Assembly: GCF_036971445.1 (NCBI RefSeq)
Contig: NC_091471.1
Coordinates: 992,001 to 1,056,000, forward strand
Length of the DNA: 64,000 nucleotides
Source: Narcine bancroftii
Taxonomy: Eukaryota
Direction of reading: 5' to 3'
Below the pieces are notes generated by a model that did no database searches, was not told the origin of the DNA, and saw only the letters and a list, made by a program, of their open reading frames with translations. A program made the translations under genes and the position numbers. Below are positions 34,101 to 44,507 of the stretch, piece by piece. Positions within the stretch are counted from its first letter, which is position 1, and each line of letters begins with the position of its first letter.

Positions 34101-37100
34101 ACCTCGGTCCGGGCAGCCCCTGTCCCCCTCCGATCCGGCCCAGGCAGCCCCTGTCCCCCTCCCCTCGGTCCGGGCAGCCCCTGTCCCCCTCCCATCCGGC
34201 CCGGGCAGCCCCTGTCCCCCTCTCATCCGTCCCGGGCAGCCCCTGTCCCCCTTCCATCCGGCCCAGGCAGCCCCTGTCCTCCTCCCATCCGGCCCGGGCT
34301 GCCCCTGTCCCCCTCCCCTCGGTCCGGGCAGCCCCTGTCCCCCTCCCATCCAGCCCCGGCAGCCCCTGACCCCCTCCCATCTGGCCCAGGCAGCCCCTGA
34401 CCCCCTCCCATCCGGCCCAGGCAGCCCCTGTCCCTCTCCCCTCGGTCCGGGCAGCCCCTGTCCCCCTCCCATCCGGCCTGGGCAGCCCCTGTCCCCCTCC
34501 CATCCTGTCCGGGCAGCCCCTGTCCCCCTCCCATCCGGTCCGGGCAGCCCCTGTCCCCCTCCCATCCGGCCCAGGCAGCACCTGTCCTCCTCCCTTCCGG
34601 CCCAGGCAGCCCCTGTCCGCCTCCCCTCGGTCCTGGCAGCCCCTGTCCCCCTCCCATCCGGCACAGGCAAGCCCCTGTCCCCCTCGGTCCGGGCAGCCCC
34701 TGTCCCCCTCCCATCCGGCCCAGGCAAGCCCCTGTCCCTCTCCCATCCGACCCAGGCAGCCCCTGTCCCCCTCCCCTCGGTCCGGGCAGCCCCTATCCCC
34801 CTCACATCTGGCCCAGGCAGCCCCTGTCCCCCTCCCCCCGGTCCGGGCAGCCCCTGTCCCCCTCCCATCCGGCCCAGGCAGCCCCTGTCCCCCTACCCTC
34901 GGTCCGGACAGGCCCTGTCCCCCTCCCATCCGGCCCAGGTAGCCCCTGTCCCCCTCCCATCCGGCCCAGGCAGCCCCTGTCCCCCTCCCACCCGGCCCAG
35001 GAAGCCCCTGTCCCCCTCCCATCCGGCCCGGGCAGCCCCTGTCCCCCTCCCATCCGGTCCGGGCAGCCCCTGTCCACCTCCCATCCGGCCCAGGCAGCAC
35101 CTGTCCTCCTCCCATCCGGCCCAGGCAGCCCCTGTCCGCCTCCCCTCGGTCCTGGCAGCCCCTGACCCCCTCCCATCCGGCACAGGCAAGCCCCTGTCCC
35201 CCTCCAATCCGGCCCGGGCAGCCCCTGTCCCCCTCCGATCCAGCCCAGGCAGCCCCTGTTCCCCTCCCCTCGGTCCGGGCAGCCCCTGTCCCCCTCCCAT
35301 CCGGCCTGGGCAGCACCTGTCCCCCTCCCATCCGGTCCGGGCAGCCCCTGTCCCCCTCCCATCCGGCCCTGGCAGCCCCTGTCCCCCTCCCATCCGGCCC
35401 TGGCAGCCCCTGTCCCCCTCCCATCCGGCCCAGGCAAGCCCCTGTCCCCCTCCCATCCGGTCCGGGCAGCCCCTGTCTCCCTCCGATCCGGCCCGGGCAG
35501 CCCCTGTCCCCCTCCCATCCGGCCCTGGCAGCCCCTGTCCCCCTCCCATCCGGCCCAGGCAAGCCCCTGTCAATCTCCCATCCGGCCTAGGCAAGCCCCT
35601 GTCCCTCTCCCATCCGGCCCAGGCAGCCCCTGTCCCCCTCCCCTCGGTCCGGGCAGCCCCTGTCCCTCTCCCATCCGGCCCAGGCAGCCCCTGTCCCCCT
35701 CCCCTCGGTCCGGGCAGCCCCTGTCCCCCTCCGATCCGGCCCTGGCAGCCCCTGTCCCCCTCCCCTCGGTCCGGGCAGCCCCTGTCGCCCTCCCATCCGG
35801 CCCAGGCAAGCCCCTGTCCCTCTCCCATCCGGCCCAGGCAGCCCCTGTCCCCCTCCCCTCGGTCCGGGCAGCCCCTATCCCCCTCCCATCTGGCCCAGGC
35901 TGCCCCTGTACCCCTCCCCCCGGTCCGGGCAGCCCCTGTCCCCCTCCCATCCGGCCCAGGCAGCCCCTGTCCCCCTACCCTCGGTCCGGGCAGGCCCTGT
36001 CCACCTCCCATCCGGCCCAGGCAGCCCCTGTCCCCCTCCCACCCGGCCCAGGAAGCCCCTGTCCCCCTCCCATCCGGCCCGGGCAGCCCCTGTCCCCCTC
36101 CCATCCGGTCCGGGCTGCCCCTGTCCCCCTCCGATCCAGCCCAGGCAGCCCCTGTCCCCCTCCCCTCGGTCCGGGCAGCCCCTGTCTCCCTCCGATCCAG
36201 CCCGGGCATCCCCTGTCCCCCTCCCATCCGGCCCTGGCAGCCCCTGTCCCCCTCCCATCCGGCCCAGGCAAGCACCTGTCAATCTCCCATCCGGCCTAGG
36301 CAAGCCCCTGTCCCTCTCCCATCCGGCCCAGGCAGCCCCTGTCCCCCTCCCCTCGGTCCGGGCAGCCCCTGTCCCTCTCCCATCCGGCCCAGGCAGCCCC
36401 TGTCCCCCTCCCCTCGGTCCGGGCAGCCCCTGTCCCCCTCCCATCCGGTCCTGGCAGCCCCTGTCCCCCTCCCCTCGGTCCGGGCAGCCCCTGTCCCCCT
36501 CCCATCCGGCCCAGGCAAGCCCCTGTCCCTCTCCCATCTGGCCTAGGCAGCCCCTGTCCCCCTCCCCTCGGTCCGGGCAGCCCCTGTCCCCCTCCCCTCG
36601 GTCCGGGCAGCCCCTGTCCACCTCCGATCCGGCCCAGGCAGCCCCTGTCACCCTCCCCTCGGTCCGGGCAGCCCCTGTCCCCCTCCCATCCAGCCCCGGC
36701 AGCCCCTGACCCCCTCCCATCTGGCCCAGGCAGCCCCTGACCCCCTCCCATCCGGCCCAGGCAGCCCCTGTCCCTCTCCCCTCGGGCCGGGCAGCCCCTG
36801 TCCCCCTCCCATCCGGCCTGGGCAGCCCCTGTCCCCCTCCCATCCGGTCCGGGCAGCCCCTGTCCCCCTCCCATCCGGTCCGGGCAGCCCCTGTCCCCCT
36901 CCCATCCGGCCCAGGCAGCACCTGTCCTCCTCCCATCCGGCCCAGGCAGCCCCTGTCCGCCTCCCCTCGGTCCTGGCAGCCCCTGTCCCCCTCCCATCCG
37001 GCACAGGTAAGCCCCTGTCCCCCTCAGTCCGGGCAGCCCCTGTCCCCCTCCCATCCGGCCCAGGCAAGCCCCTGTCCCTCTCCCATCCGGCCCAGGCAGC

Positions 37101-40100
37101 CCCTGTCCCCCTCCCCTCGGTCCGGGCAGCCCCTATCCCCCTCCCATCTGGCCCAGGCAGCCCCTGTCCCTCTCCCCCCGGTCCGGGCAGCCCCTGTCCC
37201 CCTCCCATCCGGCCCAGGCAGCCCCTGTCCCCCTCCCATCCGGCCCAGGCAGCCCCTGACCCCCTCCCATCTGGCCCAGGCAGCCCCTGACCCCCTCCCA
37301 TCCGGCCCAGGCAGACCCTGTCCCTCTCCCCTCGGTCCGGGCAGCCCCTGTCCCCCTCCCATCCGGCCTGGGCATCCCTGTCCCCCTCCCATCCGGTCCG
37401 GGCAGCCCCTGTCCCCCTCCCATCCGGTCCGGGCAGCCCCTGTCCCCCTCCCCTCGGTCCGGGCAGCCCCTGTCCCTCTCCCATCCGGCCCAGGCAGCCC
37501 CTGTCCCCCTCCCCTCGGTCCGGGCAGCCCCTGTCCCCCTCCGATCCGGCCCTGGCAGCCCCTGTCCCCCTCCCCTCGGTCCGGGCAGCCCCTGTCGCCC
37601 TCCCATCCGGCCCAGGCAAGCCCCTGTCCCTCTCCCATCCGGCCCAGGCAGCCCCTGTCCCCCTCCCCTCGGTCCGGGCAGCCCCTATCCCCCTCCCATC
37701 TGGCCCAGGCTGCCCCTGTACCCCTCCCCCCGGTCCGGGCAGCCCCTGTCCCCCTCCCATCCGGCCCAGGCAGCCCCTGTCCCCCTACCCTCGGTCCGGG
37801 CAGGCCCTGTCCACCTCCCATCCGGCCCAGGCAGCCCCTGTCCCCCTCCCACCCGGCCCAGGAAGCCCCTGTCCCCTTCCCATCCGGCCCGGGCAGCCCC
37901 TGTCCCCCTCCCATCCGGTCCGGGCTGCCCCTGTCCCCCTCCGATCCAGCCCAGGCAGCCCCTGTCCCCCTCCCCTCGGTCCGGGCAGCCCCTGTCTCCC
38001 TCCGATCCAGCCCGGGCATCCCCTGTCCCCCTCCCATCCGGCCCTGGCAGCCCCTGTCCCCCTCCCATCCGGCCCAGGCAAGCACCTGTCAATCTCCCAT
38101 CCGGCCTAGGCAAGCCCCTGTCCCTCTCCCATCCGGCCCAGGCAGCCCCTGTCCCCCTCCCCTCGGTCCGGGCAGCCCCTGTCCCTCTCCCATCCGGCCC
38201 AGGCAGCCCCTGTCCCCCTCCCCTCGGTCCGGGCAGCCCCTGTCCCCCTCCCATCCGGTCCTGGCAGCCCCTGTCCCCCTCCCCTCGGTCCGGGCAGCCC
38301 CTGTCCCCCTCCCATCCGGCCCAGGCAAGCCCCTGTCCCTCTCCCATCTGGCCTAGGCAGCCCCTGTCCCCCTCCCCTCGGTCCGGGCAGCCCCTGTCCC
38401 CCTCCCCTCGGTCCGGGCAGCCCCTGTCCACCTCCGATCCGGCCCAGGCAGCCCCTGTCACCCTCCCCTCGGTCCGGGCAGCCCCTGTCCCCCTCCCATC
38501 CAGCCCCGGCAGCCCCTGACCCCCTCCCATCTGGCCCAGGCAGCCCCTGACCCCCTCCCATCCGGCCCAGGCAGCCCCTGTCCCTCTCCCCTCGGGCCGG
38601 GCAGCCCCTGTCCCCCTCCCATCCGGCCTGGGCAGCCCCTGTCCCCCTCCCATCCGGTCCGGGCAGCCCCTGTCCCCCTCCCATCCGGTCCGGGCAGCCC
38701 CTGTCCCCCTCCCATCCGGCCCAGGCAGCACCTGTCCTCCTCCCATCCGGCCCAGGCAGCCCCTGTCCGCCTCCCCTCGGTCCTGGCAGCCCCTGTCCCC
38801 CTCCCATCCGGCACAGGTAAGCCCCTGTCCCCCTCAGTCCGGGCAGCCCCTGTCCCCCTCCCATCCGGCCCAGGCAAGCCCCTGTCCCTCTCCCATCCGG
38901 CCCAGGCAGCCCCTGTCCCCCTCCCCTCGGTCCGGGCAGCCCCTATCCCCCTCCCATCTGGCCCAGGCAGCCCCTGTCCCTCTCCCCCCGGTCCGGGCAG
39001 CCCCTGTCCCCCTCCCATCCGGCCCAGGCAGCCCCTGTCCCCCTCCCATCCGGCCCAGGCAGCCCCTGACCCCCTCCCATCTGGCCCAGGCAGCCCCTGA
39101 CCCCCTCCCATCCGGCCCAGGCAGACCCTGTCCCTCTCCCCTCGGTCCGGGCAGCCCCTGTCCCCCTCCCATCCGGCCTGGGCATCCCTGTCCCCCTCCC
39201 ATCCGGTCCGGGCAGCCCCTGTCCCCCTCCCATCCGGTCCGGGCAGCCCCTGTCCCCCTCCCATCCGGTCCGGGCAGCCCCTGTCCCCCTCCGATCCAGC
39301 CCAGGCAGCCCCTGTCCCCCTCCCCTCGGTCCGGGCAGCCCCTGTCTCCCTCCGATCCGGCCCGGGCAGCCCCTGTCCCCCTCCCATCCGGCCCTGGCAG
39401 CCCCTGTCCCTCTCCCATCCGGCCCAGGCAGCCCCTGTCCCCCTCCCCTCGGTCCGGGCAGCCCCTATCCCCCTCCCATCTGGCCCAGGCAGCCCCTGTC
39501 CCCCTCCCCCCGGTCCGGGCAGCCCCTGTCCCCCTCCCATCCGGCCCAGGCAGCTCCTGTCCCCCTCCCATCCGGCCCAGGCAGCCCCTGACCCCCTCCC
39601 ATCTGGCCCAGGCAGCCCCTGACCCCCTCCCATCCGGCCCAGGCAGCCCCTGTCCCTCTCCCCTCGGTCCGGGCAGCCCCTGTCCCCCTCCCATCCGGCC
39701 TGGGCCGCCCCTGTCCCCCTCCCATCCGGTCCGGGCAGCCCCTGTCCCCCTCCCATCCGGTCCGGGCAGCCCCTGTCCCCCTCCCATCCGGTCCGGGCAG
39801 CCCCTGTCCCCCTCCGATCCAGCCCAGGCAGCCCCTGTCCCCCTCCCCTCGGTCCGGGCAGCCCCTGTCTCCCTCCGATCCGGCCCGGGCAGCCCCTGTC
39901 CCCCTCCCATCCGGCCCTGGCAGCCCCTGTCCCCCTCCCATCCGGCCCAGGCAAGCCCCTGTCAATCTCCCATCCGGCCTAGGCAAGCCCCTGTCCCTCT
40001 CCCATCCGGCCCAGGCAGCCCCTGTCCCCCTCCCCTCGGTCCGGGCAGCCCCTGTCCCTCTCCCATCCGGCCCAGGCAGCCCCTGTCCCCCTCCCCTCGG

Positions 40101-42150
40101 TCCGGGCAGCCCCTGTCCCCCTCCGATCCGGCCCTGGCAGCCCCTGTCCCCCTCCCCTCGGTCCGGGCAGCCCCTGTCCCCCTCCCATCCGGCCCAGGCA
40201 AGCCCCTGTCCCTCTCCCATCTGGCCTAGGCAGCCCCTGTCCCCCTCCCCTCGGTCCGGGCAGCCCCTGTCCCCCTCCGATCTGGCCCAGGCAGCCCCTG
40301 TCCCCCTCCCCTCCGTCCGGGCAGCCCCTGTCCCCCTCCCATCCAGCCCCGGCAGCCCCTGACCCCCTCCCATCTGGCCCAGGCAGCCCCTGACCCCCTC
40401 CCATCCGGCCCAGGCAGACCCTGTCCCTCTCCCCTCGGTCCGGGCAGCCCCTGTCCCCCTCCCATCCGGCCTGGGCAGCCCCTGTCCCCCTCCCATCCGG
40501 TCCGGACAGCCCCTGTCCCCCTCCCATCCAGTCCGGGCAGCCCCTGTCCCCCTCCCATCCGGTCCGGGCAGCACCTGTCCCCCTCCCATCCGGTCCGGGC
40601 AGCCCCTGTCCCCCTCCCATCCGGTCCGGGCAGCCCCTGTCCCCCTCCCATCCGGTCCGGGCAGCCCCTGTCCCCCTCCCATCCGGTCCGGGCAGCCCCT
40701 GTCCCCCTCCGATCCAGCCCAGGCAGCCCCTGTCTCCCTCCCCTCGGTCCGGGCAGCCCCTGTCCCCCTCCGATCCGGCCCGGGCAGCCCCTGTCCCCCT
40801 CCCATCCGGCCCTGGCAGCCCCTGTCCCCCTCCCATCCGGCCCAGGCAAGCCCCTGTCCCTCTCCCATCCGGCCTAGGCAAGCCCCTGTCCCTCTCCCAT
40901 CCGGCCCAGGCAGCCCCTGTACCCCTCCCCTCGGTCCGGGCAGCCCCTGTCCCTCTCCCATCCGGCCCAGGCAGCCCCTGTCTCCCTCCCTCCGATCCGG
41001 CCCAGGCAGCCCCTGTCCCCCTCCCATCCGGCCCTGGCAGCCCCTGTCCCCCTCCCCCTGGTCCGGGCAGCCCCTGTCCCCCTCCCATCCGGCCCAGGCA
41101 AGCACCTGTCCCTCTCCCATCTGGCCTAGGCAGCCCCTGTCCCCCTCCCCTCGGTCTGGGCAGCCCCTGTCCCCCTCCGATCCGGCCCAGGCAGCCCCTG
41201 ACCCCCTCACCTCGGTCCGGGCAGCCCCTGTCCCCCTCCCATCCGGCCCGGGCAGCCCCTGTCCCCCTCTCATCCGGCCCGGGCAGCCCCTGTCCCCCTT
41301 CCATCCGGCCCGGGCAGCCCCTTTCCTCCTCCCATCCGGCCCGGGCTGCCCCTCTCCCCCTCCCCTCGGTCCGGGCAGCCCCTGTCCCCCTCCCATCCGG
41401 CCCAGGCAAGCCCCTGTCCCTCTCCCATCCAGCCCAGGCAGCCCCTGTCCCCCTCCCATCCGGTCCGGGCAGCCCCTGTCCCCCTCCGTTCCGGCCCGGG
41501 CAGCCCCTGTCCCCCTCCCCTCGGTCCGGGCAGCCCCTGTCCCCCTCCCATCCGGCCCGGGCAGCCCCTGTCCCCCTCCCCTCGGTCCGGGCAGCCCCTG
41601 TCCCCCTCCCATCCGGCCCAGGCAGCACCTGTCCTCCTCCCATCCGGCCTGGGCAGCCCCTGTCCGCCTCCCCTCGGTCCTGGCAGCCCCTGTCCCCCTC
41701 CCATCCGGCACAGGCAAGCCCCTGTCCCCCTCCAATCCGGCCCGGGCAGCCCCTGTCCCCCTCCCATCCGGCCTGGGCAGCCCCTGTCCTCCTCCCATCC
41801 GGCCCGGGCAGCCCCTGTCCCCCTCCCACCCGGCCCAGGAAGCCCCTGTCCCCCTCCCATCCGGCCCGGGCAGCCACTGTCCCCCTCCCATCCGGTCCAG
41901 GCAGCCCCTGTCCCTCTCCCATCCGGCCCAGGCAGCCCCTGTCCCCCTCCCCTCGGTCCGGGCAGCCCCTGTCCCCCTCCCATCCGGCCCAGGCAGCCCC
42001 TGTCCCCCTACGCTCGGTCCGGGCAGCCCCTGTCCCCCTCCCATCCGGCCCAGGCAGCCCCTGTCCCCCTCCCATCCGGCCCAGGCTGCCCCTGTCCCTC
42101 TCCCATCTGGCCCGGGCAGCCCCCTGTCCCCTTATCCTCTGGCCCGGGCA
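10131..42150. repeat. 32-kb GC-rich satellite D, units of 31 bp (CTCCCATCCGGCCCGGGCAGCCCCTGTCCCC) and 30 bp (CTCCCCTCGGTCCGGGCAGCCCCTGTCCCC)
   Basis: Continuous tandem array of roughly 1000 units (32 kb / 31 bp). Higher-order duplications are evident from repeated variant patterns and identical ORFs at fixed offsets. Confidence 0.99.
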
Positions 42151-42600
42151 ACACCTTGACCCCCCCCCCCCCCCCCACTTCGGTCACACGGATGGGATGG
42201 TGCAGCAGTTGGACTGGGGAAGGCAGCGAGTGTGAGGGGAAGGGGTGGAAGGCGTGAAGGGGGAAGGGATCATGATGCGTGATGGGGAAGGTGGAGGGAG
42301 ACAGAGGAACAAGGAGAACAGAAGGAGGAAGGAAATGTGGAGGTAGGGAGGGGAGCGGCACCAAAGTCCCGCTAGCCTGACAGCAGTGTCTGAGGTCTGC
42401 ACACAAGGGGCTGACTCGTTTCTGGCCCTGAGCAGTTTGACTAAGTGAAGTGGTGCAGAGGTGGTGGAAATGTAGAGGTGAAAGTGACCAGTGGATGTGT
42501 GAAACCTGGCCTTGTGTCTGCAAATATGATCAGTCAGGGGCAGAGTTGAGATCAGAAATGGAGAGGGGACAAATGATGCTTCTGGGTTGTAGAATCCAAA

Positions 42601-43255
42601 TATATAACCATATAACTGTTTACAGCGCGGAAACAGGCCATGTCATCCTTTCGAGTCCGCACCGGTTCACTAGATCAACTCCACTAGCTCAACCTTCCCG
42701 CTGTCCGCCCATAACCCTCCAACCCCCTCACATCCATGTACACATCCAACCTTCTCTTAAATGACAGAAGGGACCCTGACGCAACTATCTCTTTTGGAAG
42801 ATCATTCCATTCTGCCATCACTCGCTGAGTGAAAAAGCCACCTCTAACATTTCTCCTAAAGTTTTGCCCCCTTACCCTTAACTCATTCCCTCTTGTTCCA
42901 ACCTCCCCTGCCCTCAGGGGAAAGAGTCTACTCGTGTCTAGTCTATCTATTCCCTTCATAATTTTAAATACCTCTATCAAATCCCTTCTCAGTCATCTAT
43001 GTTCCAATGAATAAAGTCCCAGTCTCCTTAATCCCTTCCTGTAATCCAGATGCTGTAAGCCAGGCAACATCCTTGTAAACCTTCTCTGCACCTCTCCACC
43101 TTATGTATATCCTTTCTATAATTTGGAGACCAGAACTGAGCACAATACTCCAAACCTGGCCTCACCAATGCCTTAAACAGCCACAGCATCACTTCCCAGC
43201 TCCTATACTCTATACTATGGTTTATGAAGGCCAGCATACCATATGCCTTCTTAAC
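42601..43255 (-). mobile_element. CR1 LINE 3' fragment
   Basis: ORFs 43028-43276 and 42684-42980 (LVRPGLEYCAQFWSP, IEVFKIMKG, FFTQRV) and a TATGGT-type microsatellite tail at about 42601-42615. Confidence 0.92.
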
Positions 43256-44215
43256 CATATATAACCATAAAACCATTTACAGCACAGAATAGGCCGGTTC
43301 GGCCCTACTAGTCCATGCCGTAGCAAATCCCCACCCTCCTAGTCCCACTGACCAGCACCCGGTCCATACCCCTCCAGTCCCCTCCTATCCATGTAACAAT
43401 CCAGTCTTTCCTTAAATGTAACCAATGATCCCGCCTCGACCACGTCTGCCGGAAGCTCATTCCACATCCCCACCACCCTTTGCGTAAAGAAATTTCCCCT
43501 CATGTTCCCCTTATAATTTTCCCCCTTCAATCTTAAACCATGTCCTCTAGTTTGAATCTCCCCCTCTTAATTGAAAAAGCCTATCCACATTTACTCTGTC
43601 TGTCCCTTTTAAAATCTTAAACACCTCTATCAAGTCCCCTCTCAATTTTCTACGCTCCAGAGAAAAAAGCCCCAGTCTGCACAACCTTTCCCTGTAACTC
43701 AGACCCTGAAATCCTGTCAACATTCTCATGAACCTTCTCTGCACTCTCTCTATTTTGTTTATATCTTTCCTATAATTTGGTGACCAAAACTGTACACAGT
43801 ACTCCAAATTTGGCCTCACCAATGCCTTGTACAATTTCATCATAACCTCCCTACTCTTGAATTCAATACTCCGATTTATGAAGGCCAACATTCCAAATGC
43901 CTTCTTCACCACACCATCTACCTGAGTATCAGCCTTGAGGGTACTATTTACCATAACTCCTAAATCCCTTTGTTGCTCTGCACTCCTCAATTGTCTTCCA
44001 TTCAATGTATATGACCTATTTAAATTTGCCTTTTCAAAATGTGGCACCTCACATTTATCTGTATTAAATTCCATCAGCCATTTCTCAGCCCACACCTCCA
44101 GCCTTCCTAAATCACCTTTTCATCTATGGTAATCTACCTCACTGTCCACAACACCACCAATATTTGTGTCATCCGCAAACTTGCTTATCCAATTCTCCAC
44201 CCCTACATCCAGATC
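43256..44215 (-). mobile_element. CR1 LINE 3' fragment
   Basis: ORFs 43547-44095 and 43339-43530, FADDT motif near 44170, and its own 3' tail at about 43256-43275. Confidence 0.92.
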
Positions 44216-44507
44216 TATCCTTGGAAGGATAGATTAGAGGGCACATCCACGGAGGCTATTTGGGTGGAACTGAGGAGTAGGAAAGGAGAGGTTACACTTG
44301 TAGGGCTGTATTATAGACCACCCGGAGGGGACCGAGACCTAGAGGAGCAAATCTGTAGGGAGATGGTAGATATTTGTGATAAGCACAGGGTTGTAATTAT
44401 GGGAGATTTTAATTTTCCACATATAGATTGGGAAACACATTCTGTGAAAGGACTGGATGGGTTAGAGTTTGTGAAATGTGTGCAAGATAGTTTTTTACAA
44501 CAATATG
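44216..44507 (+). mobile_element. CR1 ORF2 APE-endonuclease fragment (opposite orientation)
   Basis: Translation EAIWVEL...LYYRPP...IMGDFNFPHIDW...FLQQYV is typical of the CR1 endonuclease domain. Confidence 0.88.

Noticed and set aside
10131-42150. Very long Gly/Pro/Arg-rich ORFs (up to 1314 aa), superficially collagen-like (GQGLPGPDG)
   Set aside because: They overlap in all frames and both strands. The main unit of 31 bp is not a multiple of 3, there is no sustained Gly-X-Y pattern, and stops are simply rare in this composition.
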